Source: a virus
Lineage: Duplodnaviria > Heunggongvirae > Uroviricota > Caudoviricetes
Length of the DNA: 64,000 nt
Strand: one strand, 5' to 3'
Virus record (IMG/VR): IMGVR_UViG_2974563859_000001
Part shown: piece after piece, positions 29,350 through 37,788 of the stretch
Position numbering within the stretch: the stretch's first letter is position 1
Layout: every line of letters starts with the position of its first letter
Translations under genes and position numbers: made by a program
Notes under the pieces: generated by a model
Databases searched by the model: none
What the model was told of the DNA's origin: nothing
Seen by the model: only the letters and a program-made list of their open reading frames with translations

Positions 29350-29763
29350 ATGGATAAACATCAGAATATTATAGAATTTATTGGATTGATTAGAGGAAGT
29401 GATGCTAAAGAAATACTCGGTTCTAAATATAGGGGAGTTAGAGATGATCAACACTCTGCTTCTTATATAATTAAGGAAATATATACTAATGGTAATTGCG
29501 GTCAATTAGTAAAATTGCTTAAACATGTATATCCTGAAACTAAACCAATATTAATTACAAATTTTATAGATCCTAAGACTAAAGAAAAATTTCCAATGTA
29601 TCATATAGTTGCTGATATTGATAACAAGATATACGATATTGATGGAGAATTCATGAACAGTAATTTAAATAATTACGAACACAAATATTTATCAGATGAT
29701 GAGTTTAAAAATGAAAAATTAGAGAATTATTCCTTTAAAAATAGAGGAGCACTTGAGAATTAA
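29350..29763 (+). CDS. hypothetical protein
   Basis: 137 aa. Confidence 0.45.
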   Translation: MDKHQNIIEFIGLIRGSDAKEILGSKYRGVRDDQHSASYIIKEIYTNGNCGQLVKLLKHVYPETKPILITNFIDPKTKEKFPMYHIVADIDNKIYDIDGEFMNSNLNNYEHKYLSDDEFKNEKLENYSFKNRGALEN

Positions 29764-29782
29764 AGTGAGGTAGTAAAATTCT

Positions 29783-30316
29783 ATGAGTAAATGGACAAAA
29801 AAAGTAGATGTATTTAATGATGCAGAATTTATTTTGGGAAAACCTTATAAAATTATTTTAAGTAATGATGATAAAGAGATTGTCTATGGATTATTGTCTG
29901 ATATAAGTGACTATTCATTGCAATTTATTATTTATGATAGTGATACAGGACATAAGAGAATCTCATTTAATATTCATGAGTTTTTAAATAATGATTTTAT
30001 GATTGTTGAGTTAGATGACGATAATGAATTGGAATTATATTCAGGGCAAATTTATCAGATGATTTATGATACAGAAATTGCTGGTTATATGGTATCAAGT
30101 GGTGCATTTATTAAAATTGATTCAATTACAGAATATCCCAATCGTAAAATATATAATATTACTATTAAGAATAAAGGTTATATAAAAGAATTTAAACTTG
30201 CTAAAAATCACCTTCAAAAAATTAATACAAATTCAATGAAAATTGAAATGAGTGAAGATGAATGGGATAATTTAATTGATTATTCAACTAATAAAGATGA
30301 GGGAGTTGTAGAATAA
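29783..30316 (+). CDS. hypothetical protein, paralog B1
   Basis: MSKWTKKVDVFNDAEFILGKPYKI... Confidence 0.5.
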   Translation: MSKWTKKVDVFNDAEFILGKPYKIILSNDDKEIVYGLLSDISDYSLQFIIYDSDTGHKRISFNIHEFLNNDFMIVELDDDNELELYSGQIYQMIYDTEIAGYMVSSGAFIKIDSITEYPNRKIYNITIKNKGYIKEFKLAKNHLQKINTNSMKIEMSEDEWDNLIDYSTNKDEGVVE

Positions 30317-30444
30317 TGAAATGTCCTGATTGTGAAGGTACAGGATATGATACTTGGTTTGTTGGAGATAAAAAGATACAAGATCATAATACCCCATGTA
30401 TTAATTGTAATGGATATGGTAAAATTAAGGAGGATAATAAATGA
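30316..30444 (+). CDS. small DnaJ-type zinc-finger peptide (42 aa)
   Basis: MKCPDCEGTGYDTWFVGDKKIQDHNTPCINCNGYGKIKEDNK; two CxxCxGxG motifs. Confidence 0.4.
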   Translation: MKCPDCEGTGYDTWFVGDKKIQDHNTPCINCNGYGKIKEDNK

Positions 30445-30935
30445 GCGTTCAGTGGACTAAAAAAGTAGAAATAGATGTATTTAATGGACAAAAATTTAAT
30501 ATTGGTAATGCTTATAAAATTTTTGCAGATAATTCCACTTATACTGGTTTATTGAAAAAAGTTACTGATGATCAATTAGATTTTACAACTCTGAATCATG
30601 ATGTTTTTGTTAGCATTGGTGATATATTAGGTGGTAGTGTAAGAATTATTGAAATGAGCGCATATAATAAAATAGATTATAAACCGGGACAAGTTTTCAA
30701 ATTAATTAGTGGTATGACAATTTGTGGGGAACGAGTCTTTAGTAATTCACTAATAATAATTGATTCCATACTTTTAGGTTCTGAAGGAAAAGATTACTAT
30801 AATATTGTTATTAAAAATAAAGGTCAAATAACGAGAGAATTAAGTATAACTAAAGATAATTTTATAGAAATTGATAAAAACTCAGAGCAAATAAGGATGA
30901 CATCTAATGAATGGAAAAATATACAATTTGATTGA
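30441..30935 (+). CDS. hypothetical protein, paralog B2
   Basis: MSVQWTKKVEIDVFNGQKFNIGNAYKI...; paralogous to 29783..30316. Confidence 0.5.
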   Translation: MSVQWTKKVEIDVFNGQKFNIGNAYKIFADNSTYTGLLKKVTDDQLDFTTLNHDVFVSIGDILGGSVRIIEMSAYNKIDYKPGQVFKLISGMTICGERVFSNSLIIIDSILLGSEGKDYYNIVIKNKGQITRELSITKDNFIEIDKNSEQIRMTSNEWKNIQFD

Positions 30936-31215
30936 TTATCTAAACACAAGTACAAATTCATTAGTAGTGGGAAGGAAATATGGAAAAATCACACGTAAAT
31001 TAATGGACTTAAATAGATTAGATAAAACTACTGATACCATAGATATTATTTTTCCAGATACTATATTTATGGTATCTCCTTCATTCTTTCTAGGAATGTT
31101 TGAAGATATTTTTATACTATTGGAAAAAGAAAAATTTTTAAAAAAATATAATATAGTTTGTACTTTGTTTATAAAAGAATCATTATATAGTGCTATTAAT
31201 AGAGCTATCAAATAG
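30907..31215 (+). CDS. hypothetical protein
   Basis: 102 aa. Confidence 0.4.
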   Translation: MNGKIYNLIDYLNTSTNSLVVGRKYGKITRKLMDLNRLDKTTDTIDIIFPDTIFMVSPSFFLGMFEDIFILLEKEKFLKKYNIVCTLFIKESLYSAINRAIK

Positions 31216-31225
31216 GAGTGTTAAA

Positions 31226-31399
31226 ATGGTTAATATCATAGTACTACTAATTGTTTTATTTTTAATATTTATTGCAACTTTCGTCTATCAAGAATTTGCA
31301 AATACAGGATACGCAATGAGTGATTTTCTAACTGCTATACAAATTATTTCTGGAGGATTAATGTTTTGTATTCTTGCTAAGTTAATATTTGAAATGTAA
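31226..31399 (+). CDS. small membrane protein
   Basis: MVNIIVLLIVLFLIFIATFVY... Confidence 0.4.
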   Translation: MVNIIVLLIVLFLIFIATFVYQEFANTGYAMSDFLTAIQIISGGLMFCILAKLIFEM

Positions 31400-31483
31400 A
31401 TTTATTGTTTAAAAATTGATTTTTCTATAACTAAAATAGAGATTTAGTAACAATTTATCAGAGGAGGAATGTGTAATTGAAAG

Positions 31484-31633
31484 TAATGATTGGTTCAACA
31501 ATGATAGTACTTGCAATCTTATTTCTCTTGTGGTTAGCAATCAGTCCATTATTTGAGAAAATAGGTAGAAGTACCAGAAAAGTAAAAAATAATATTTTTA
31601 AGGGTGATGAGAATGACAGTGAGAAATAAGATT
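31484..31633 (+). CDS. small membrane protein
   Basis: MIGSTMIVLAILFLLWLAISPLFEK...; RBS ggagga. Confidence 0.35.
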
Positions 31634-32419
31634 ATTGGTGGTATCGTTGCAGGAGTAGTATTAATTGCTGGTTTAATTATCTCTATCTTTATGGTTGAGA
31701 AAATTCCAAATGGATATGTTGGTGTAGTTTATTCCCCTAATGGTGGAGTAAAAGAGACTACACTTGATCAAGGTTGGCATTGGATCAAGCCTTTTGATAA
31801 AGTTACAGAATATCCAGTTCGCATGCAAACAGTAAATAATAAAGACATCAAAGTAGCAACATCTGATGGTAAAAACATTGAAATGGATATTGCTTATAAC
31901 TATGTTGTACAACCAGATAAAGTAGTAGATGTATTTAATAAGTTTGGTTCAGTTAAAGTTGAACAAATTGAGAATTCATATCTTAAATCACGTTTATGGG
32001 ATGCCTCTCGTAAAGTGATCTCTAAATATTCAGTAATTGATACTTATGGTCAAAAATCTTCAGAAGCGGCTAGTGAAATTCAAAAAACATTTGCTGAAGA
32101 TATGAAGAAATATGGTTTTATTATTGATGATCTTACTTTAGGTGTGCCAAAGCCAGATAAAGCTACTCAAGATGCAATTGATGCTAGAGTTAAATCTTCT
32201 CAGGAATTAGAACGTTCTCAAACTGAAATCAAGATTGCTAAAGCAGATGCTGAGAGGAAGAAAATTGAAGCTCAAGGTGTTGCAGATGCCAATGAGATCA
32301 TTAAGAAGTCTATGTCTAAAGAAATTATTATGAATAAATGGATTGAAAAGTGGGATGGTAAAATGCCAAAAGCAACTGGTACTAACTCACTTCTTCAACT
32401 TCCTTTAGAAGACAAATAA
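31604..32419 (+). CDS. SPFH / band-7 (stomatin/HflKC-like) membrane protein
   Basis: N-terminal transmembrane helix followed by GYVGVVYSPNGGVKETTLDQGWHWIKPF... Confidence 0.6.
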   Translation: MMRMTVRNKIIGGIVAGVVLIAGLIISIFMVEKIPNGYVGVVYSPNGGVKETTLDQGWHWIKPFDKVTEYPVRMQTVNNKDIKVATSDGKNIEMDIAYNYVVQPDKVVDVFNKFGSVKVEQIENSYLKSRLWDASRKVISKYSVIDTYGQKSSEAASEIQKTFAEDMKKYGFIIDDLTLGVPKPDKATQDAIDARVKSSQELERSQTEIKIAKADAERKKIEAQGVADANEIIKKSMSKEIIMNKWIEKWDGKMPKATGTNSLLQLPLEDK

Positions 32420-32444
32420 CTTTAAAATAGGAATTAGAGTCTAG

Positions 32445-32711
32445 TTGACTCTAATTCCTATTATTAATTTACATAGGAGGATTTTAATGACTGATATTTA
32501 CTATAAGCTGTTATATTATATTAGCGAGAATGGTAAACCAAAAGTAACAGTAGCAACATTACAGTGGTTTGATGAACTTGACGATAATGATAAGTATCTA
32601 AAAGATGAAGATGGGGATGACCTACTGTTTTACAATGAAGAAGAAGCTGTTCAATGGTTATTGGATAATTTTCAAGAAAATGAAATTGATTCAGAATATC
32701 TAAATAAGTAA
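32445..32711 (+). CDS. small acidic protein
   Basis: 88 aa. Confidence 0.4.
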   Translation: MTLIPIINLHRRILMTDIYYKLLYYISENGKPKVTVATLQWFDELDDNDKYLKDEDGDDLLFYNEEEAVQWLLDNFQENEIDSEYLNK

Positions 32712-32722
32712 AGGAAAATAAT

Positions 32723-33031
32723 ATGAATCAAAAAATATTACCAGTAAGAATCGTCTTTACACCTATGTCTAAATGTCCTTATTGTAATGATAAAATGATT
32801 AATCATAATTATCATCTATGTCATATAAATTACAATAATATTAAAGGTACTATGAATATAAGAACTAATGAACAAGGAGAAGAAAACTTATGTTTAAATT
32901 ATTCTCAAAGAAAAATAAACCTAAATTCTGTAAAGAATGTGGTAAGGAATTTATTAGTGAACATTGGGCAGTCTGTCAAAATTGTCTTAAAAAAAGAAAC
33001 TGGTGGTCTTAAAAGTAAAGGGAGGAATTAA
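32723..33031 (+). CDS. small Cys-rich protein
   Basis: CPYCNDK...HLCH. Confidence 0.4.
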   Translation: MNQKILPVRIVFTPMSKCPYCNDKMINHNYHLCHINYNNIKGTMNIRTNEQGEENLCLNYSQRKINLNSVKNVVRNLLVNIGQSVKIVLKKETGGLKSKGRN

Positions 33032-33033
33032 TT

Positions 33034-33402
33034 ATGAAAACAACAATTACTGCTGAGGAATTAGTACAAGCGTATAAGAAGACCGGTATTAAACCAATAA
33101 ATAAAGTATATGTAAATCCAGTGATTAACTGTGGGTGTGCTTTATCAGTTCTATCCATTAATAATAGTAATGGTAATTTGTCATTAAGTAAAATTAATGC
33201 TATTAGAGATACTGAGGAATTGGAGAAAATCTTTAGAGATAAAATTGGTCTTGATCCAAGTTATAATATTGATGCCTTCATGGATGGTTTTGATTGTATT
33301 ATGAGTGGAAAAATGGATACTAAAGAATGGAATGAAGGCTATAAATGTGCAAATATAGTTAAAGAAGAATTTTCAATCAATGATCTAAGTCAGGGAGTTT
33401 AA
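33034..33402 (+). CDS. hypothetical protein
   Basis: 122 aa. Confidence 0.45.
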   Translation: MKTTITAEELVQAYKKTGIKPINKVYVNPVINCGCALSVLSINNSNGNLSLSKINAIRDTEELEKIFRDKIGLDPSYNIDAFMDGFDCIMSGKMDTKEWNEGYKCANIVKEEFSINDLSQGV

Positions 33403-33404
33403 TC

Positions 33405-33599
33405 ATGGAAGATATGATTCTATTTAGTATTGAGTTAACACCATCTGAACGTGATATTTATGAAGTAGAATTAAAGAATAGAATTTCTAATTTGATGAAA
33501 TTAAGAGTAGTTAAAAGAAATAATAGAGAAATAGATAAACGTATTTATGTCCTTAGAAAGATTTTAAAAAAATTAAGGGATAATGGAGGACAAGAATAA
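33405..33599 (+). CDS. hypothetical small protein
   Basis: 64 aa. Confidence 0.4.
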   Translation: MEDMILFSIELTPSERDIYEVELKNRISNLMKLRVVKRNNREIDKRIYVLRKILKKLRDNGGQE

Positions 33600-34114
33600 T
33601 GGAAAAGAAATCTGTAAAAGATTTATTGAAATTAAGAATTAGTAAAATCTCATTAGATAATGAATTTAGCAAAATAAATGAAGATGATATCGAAAAAATT
33701 ACTAATGAAATTCTTGATAATATTGATAAAACAATATTAACTAAACATGATTTTGATCATTATTTAAGAAATAATGTAAATCCTCATATTATTGATGATA
33801 TTGTTCTAGAAGCAATAAAAAAGTATCTATATGGGACAATAAAACCATATTATACACCAGATACTAAAAACTATGTATTTTTACTATTAATGAACAATGG
33901 AACCTACGAAAGAGATTTTGATGAATCTGGTATTGGATATTCAGATGAACAAATTGAGAAAAATGAAAATCTAGCTGTTTTAAAAACATTCTTAACTATT
34001 ATTAGTCTTGAAACAATCACTGGTGGAGAAGAGAATGTTGAAAAGCATGTTAAGCAATTAATGAAAGATTATGGAGTAAGTAGAGATAGAATAAAGCATT
34101 TTTCTATTAATTAA
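33599..34114 (+). CDS. hypothetical protein
   Basis: 171 aa. Confidence 0.45.
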   Translation: MEKKSVKDLLKLRISKISLDNEFSKINEDDIEKITNEILDNIDKTILTKHDFDHYLRNNVNPHIIDDIVLEAIKKYLYGTIKPYYTPDTKNYVFLLLMNNGTYERDFDESGIGYSDEQIEKNENLAVLKTFLTIISLETITGGEENVEKHVKQLMKDYGVSRDRIKHFSIN

Positions 34115-34127
34115 AGGAGGATTATCA

Positions 34128-34271
34128 TGAAATTTAAATTAACTGACTTACAAGGAAATAAAATCATGACTTATCATGCAAATAGTAAAACTGAGGCTAC
34201 TAATTATTTTAGGAATTATTTAAGTACAATAGGTAAAAACCTTAGAGGACTAAAAGTAATTGGGGAATAAT
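34128..34271 (+). CDS. small protein (47 aa)
   Basis: RBS aaaggagg; MKFKLTDLQGNKIMTYHANSK... Confidence 0.35.
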
Positions 34272-34275
34272 AAAT

Positions 34276-34318
34276 AAAGGATAGAGACTAAATATCTCTA
34301 TCCTTTATTTTTTTTTTT
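34276..34318. terminator. bidirectional terminator
   Basis: aaaggatagagac-taaat-atctctatccttt followed by a T11 run. Confidence 0.6.
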
Positions 34319-36051
34319 GTATACTCAAAGACTAAATTTCCACAATCCCAAATTCTATCATAACCAGCTTCTCTCATAATTTGAATTTCTGTTTTATCAT
34401 TACTATAAATTTCTGGAAATAATTCTTTTAATCTTTGTTTTCTATAGTTGTATCTATGTGAAAGACTCAATTTATTTTTATTAAAATACCAATAATTTGG
34501 CTGAGAGTTATGCATAAAGTGAAAGCTATTTTTATGATATACATTTCCTTCTGACCATCTTAAATCAGCATATGTTATGATTTTATTCCAATCATAATTC
34601 TTTTTAAAATAACTGAATAATTTTCCAAAACTACCTATTACATTATAGTCTCTTTCTGTAGCAAATCTACTTAATTCATAGTCATATTTATTCCCTTTTT
34701 GCCCTAAGCTAACTCTAGGTTTACAGAATGTCATTACTGCTACTAACTCATCACCCTCATTCCTTGGATACCATAGTCCCAGTTTAATAGTAGAGTTATC
34801 AGATCCTTGAATATGATTTTTATCTAAAAAATCTCTTTTCACATTATTCTGAATTTCTTCTATATAACATTTTCTAGCATATATTTTTTCTCCATTATTT
34901 AAACCTAAAATATGTTTTATCTTTCCCTTTATAAGTTCTTTATTATCAATCCACTCATTCTCAAATAAATGAATTAATCTTATACCCTTTTCATTACATT
35001 TTTTCAATTTATTTAAATGGTAGTTTCTATCTTTTCCTTGAGATTCACCATGCCAATATAAACCGTTATATTCAATTGCTATTTTCTTTGAAGGTATATA
35101 AATATCCAGTTCTAAACCTTCAAGTATTTTTCTGTCTGATAGAATTACATTAGTGCTATTGGGGAGAATTTGTTTAATATAATCATATAATTCAATCTCA
35201 TCTTTTGAATTATGTTTCTTTAGTTGACATCTAGGACAATCTCTTTTAACTTTTTTACCTCTTGAATTACCATGTAAAATATCGACCGGTCTAACCTCCC
35301 AAGAATAGCCACATGAATGCTCAATAACTATTGGAGTTTTATTATTAATATATCTACTCTTAATTGTATAATCATTACTATTAAATATTCTATAAAAATC
35401 TTCTTTAAAACCATTAGATCCTTTATTTTTTGGATTTTTATTACATATATTACACCTTTTTCTTTTTAGGAAATTAGTTGGTGTAATAAAGAAATTATGA
35501 GAATCACTAGTATTGTGTCTCATCTCAATTTTATCTTGAGAGCTAATATATTCTCCTAATACAGTATATTCATCTCCTACTAAATCATACACTTCTTTAA
35601 TAAACATTTCAGTAGTCTTTGTCTTTTTCCTTTTTATTAGTTTCTTAGTACAATCAGGACATCTTGAACCCTTACTGAGAAAGTCATTAGGTCTTTTTTT
35701 AAACTCCTTATTACAGATGTTATGTCTAAGTAATACTAGTTTAGAACTATTAATATATTCTCCTAATACAGTATATTCATCTCCTACTAAATCATACACT
35801 TCTTTAATAAACATTTCAGTAGTCTTATTTTTTCTTTTAGATATTCTCTCTGATTTATGTAAAGGACATCTATTACCTGCATTTAAAAAGCCATTTGGTG
35901 AGACATAGTATTCATGACTGCACTTTTCATGTTTCATTTTTATTTTATTATTAGTTCCAGTATATTCTCCTAATACAGTATATTCATCTCCTACTAAATC
36001 ATACACTTCTTTAATAAACATTTCAGTAGTCTTTTTAGGCAAAACAATCAT
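34288..36051 (-). CDS. free-standing homing endonuclease paralog (three zinc-finger modules + EDxHD/Vsr-like nuclease)
   Basis: Three near-identical modules: KTTEMFIKEVYDLVGDEYTVLGEY...CP.C. C-terminal IAIEYNGLYWHGE. Confidence 0.65.
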   Translation of the reverse strand: MIVLPKKTTEMFIKEVYDLVGDEYTVLGEYTGTNNKIKMKHEKCSHEYYVSPNGFLNAGNRCPLHKSERISKRKNKTTEMFIKEVYDLVGDEYTVLGEYINSSKLVLLRHNICNKEFKKRPNDFLSKGSRCPDCTKKLIKRKKTKTTEMFIKEVYDLVGDEYTVLGEYISSQDKIEMRHNTSDSHNFFITPTNFLKRKRCNICNKNPKNKGSNGFKEDFYRIFNSNDYTIKSRYINNKTPIVIEHSCGYSWEVRPVDILHGNSRGKKVKRDCPRCQLKKHNSKDEIELYDYIKQILPNSTNVILSDRKILEGLELDIYIPSKKIAIEYNGLYWHGESQGKDRNYHLNKLKKCNEKGIRLIHLFENEWIDNKELIKGKIKHILGLNNGEKIYARKCYIEEIQNNVKRDFLDKNHIQGSDNSTIKLGLWYPRNEGDELVAVMTFCKPRVSLGQKGNKYDYELSRFATERDYNVIGSFGKLFSYFKKNYDWNKIITYADLRWSEGNVYHKNSFHFMHNSQPNYWYFNKNKLSLSHRYNYRKQRLKELFPEIYSNDKTEIQIMREAGYDRIWDCGNLVFEYTKKKIKDRDI

Positions 36052-36061
36052 CCTTTATATA

Positions 36062-36105
36062 AAATTGGATTTCAACTATTATTTTGTTTAGTTGAAATCC
36101 AATTT
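36062..36105. terminator. hairpin between the beta gene end and the endonuclease gene
   Basis: aaattggatttcaac...ttgaaatccaattt. Confidence 0.45.
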
Positions 36106-36120
36106 GTTTATCAAAGAAAA

Positions 36121-37251
36121 TTATTCTGAATATATTTTACCAATTTCTCTCTTAAGATGAACTAAAGCTTTATTTAAATACAATGCATTGTAAATATCAA
36201 CGGTCATGCGTGAAACGATACTTAATGGACTCATAATGGCTTCAATATTCTCATCTGGATCATTCTCACTAAAAGGCTCTTGATCTTTAGGAATAACATC
36301 AGATACAATTGTTTTAAGTGCTGTATAATACGTAATCTTATCTCCAATACCAAGTTCATCATCATACTCAATATAAATCTCAATGAGTAGTCCATCTACC
36401 TCAGTACCTTTAATTTTCTCACCTGATTGCTTTTGAATAGGTTTAAGATTAACAGAAGTCAGATCATTAGTAACAGACTTAATCTTATCTTCTTTCTTCT
36501 TACTATCTTTAATATAGTTCTTCAGAATCTTTTGTACTGAAGGAGAAAACTCACTGATATCTTTATTGTAGTACATTACAACATCTACAATCTTACCAGT
36601 ATATTTAGAACTTACTTTGTTCTTAGATAACTCATTAATAGTCTCATTAAAGTCATCTCCTAGTTTATCTAAGAGTTGGTTGAGTGATTTATCTTCAAAA
36701 GAGTTTTCAAAGATAATCAGTGGATCACCAGTTTTAACCATATCGCCTTTCTTAACAATAAAGTCAATGTTTGAGTTAACTCCAAGAGCAAGTTCTTTCT
36801 TCATAGTAATCTTAGTAGATAGGTCTTGAGATAAGCTTTCTGTGATAATACTACTATCTTCATATGTGTAATCTGCGCTTGCTAGTGCTACTTTACAAAG
36901 CTTCCCTGTAGTATACGTGATATCATCTTTCTTATCGCCAAGGAAATAACTTGGATTCTTCGCTAGGATATCATCTTTTTTGAATTTCTCTCCTACTTTG
37001 ATAATGAGTTCTTTACGATTGGAAATATAGAAACCACCATTACTGTTCTTACTCATATGCTCGGAGAGATCAATGACGTCTTTCTTACCATCATTATAAC
37101 GAACGACAGCTAACTCATGTTCTTCATCTATGGACTCTAGAACTCCATCTTTTTTTGCTCTAAACACAAAGTCGTCACTTAGAATGTAAGCGACAGTCTT
37201 CTCTACACCACTACCAAATAGAGGTTTAGATTGCTTTGTGGTAGGAATGAT
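36121..37251 (-). CDS. RNA polymerase beta N-terminal gene, exon 5 (IIPTTKQSKPLFGSG...PSRM...)
   Basis: Aligns to E. coli beta AVPTLRADKPLVGTG...GDKMAGRHGNKGV...GVPSRMN. The frame is open upstream of the GTG that the ORF track used as a start. Confidence 0.65.
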   Translation of the reverse strand: MIPTTKQSKPLFGSGVEKTVAYILSDDFVFRAKKDGVLESIDEEHELAVVRYNDGKKDVIDLSEHMSKNSNGGFYISNRKELIIKVGEKFKKDDILAKNPSYFLGDKKDDITYTTGKLCKVALASADYTYEDSSIITESLSQDLSTKITMKKELALGVNSNIDFIVKKGDMVKTGDPLIIFENSFEDKSLNQLLDKLGDDFNETINELSKNKVSSKYTGKIVDVVMYYNKDISEFSPSVQKILKNYIKDSKKKEDKIKSVTNDLTSVNLKPIQKQSGEKIKGTEVDGLLIEIYIEYDDELGIGDKITYYTALKTIVSDVIPKDQEPFSENDPDENIEAIMSPLSIVSRMTVDIYNALYLNKALVHLKREIGKIYSE

Positions 37252-37611
37252 CGTTAACTTCCATTAGATTCGCTACGTCTAATGCGTTCTCTTATGAACT
37301 GCTCTATATTTCTATAGAGACGAGACTATATCACTATCCTTATCTATTAAGGATAACCCCCATTTCCATTTAAGGGATTCTCACCCACTCCAATCGCTTG
37401 AGCCGTACTCCTATTGCGGAATTTCACCGCTACTCACAATCCTAAGATTGCTTTCGGATAGTCGTTGAACCTTCATTGTTATTTATAACAATGCTTGGAT
37501 GCTGATTGTCCATATATCCTTTAGATTGTTACACTTTGGTACTAAAGGCTTTAGGATTTTCCAGCAGTTAAAGGGTTTTGCTAGCAATATTACTACTACT
37601 AGGCACGAATC
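37252..37611 (-). mobile_element. group I intron (td-like, no ORF) in the beta gene
   Basis: ctttaactgctgg, caacgactatcc, gatatagtctcg and the tail ...gcgaatctaatggaagttaacG. Confidence 0.55.
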
Positions 37612-37788
37612 ATGCTTTTGCTGCGTTGTTTGCATTCCAACGCGCGGTGGGTCGGCATGACGAGCAGTAAAGGAGTTTAATAACTCTGCCGGACCATAGA
37701 TATTTGTCGTATTATTTTTTGTATTAGGATTGGTGTCTAAGAATCCTCGTGTGTTTTTGAATGCTGGATCAAAAGTTAACTGTCTAAC
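37612..37788 (-). CDS. RNA polymerase beta gene, exon 4 (VRQLTFDPAFKNTRGFLDT...FTARHADPPRVGMQTTQQKH)
   Basis: GC-rich island. GFLDT matches GFLET. ARHADPPRVGMQTTQQ matches EHDDANRALMGANMQRQ. Confidence 0.55.

Noticed and set aside
32445-32711. Acidic 88-aa protein considered as a PBS2 Ugi homolog
   Set aside because: No recognisable similarity to the Ugi sequence, only acidity.
36121-37167. GTG-initiated 348-aa ORF as a stand-alone gene
   Set aside because: The frame stays open 84 nt upstream to an intron 3' end. The encoded sequence continues the beta alignment (AVPTLRADKPLVGTG homolog). It is treated as an exon, not an independent gene.
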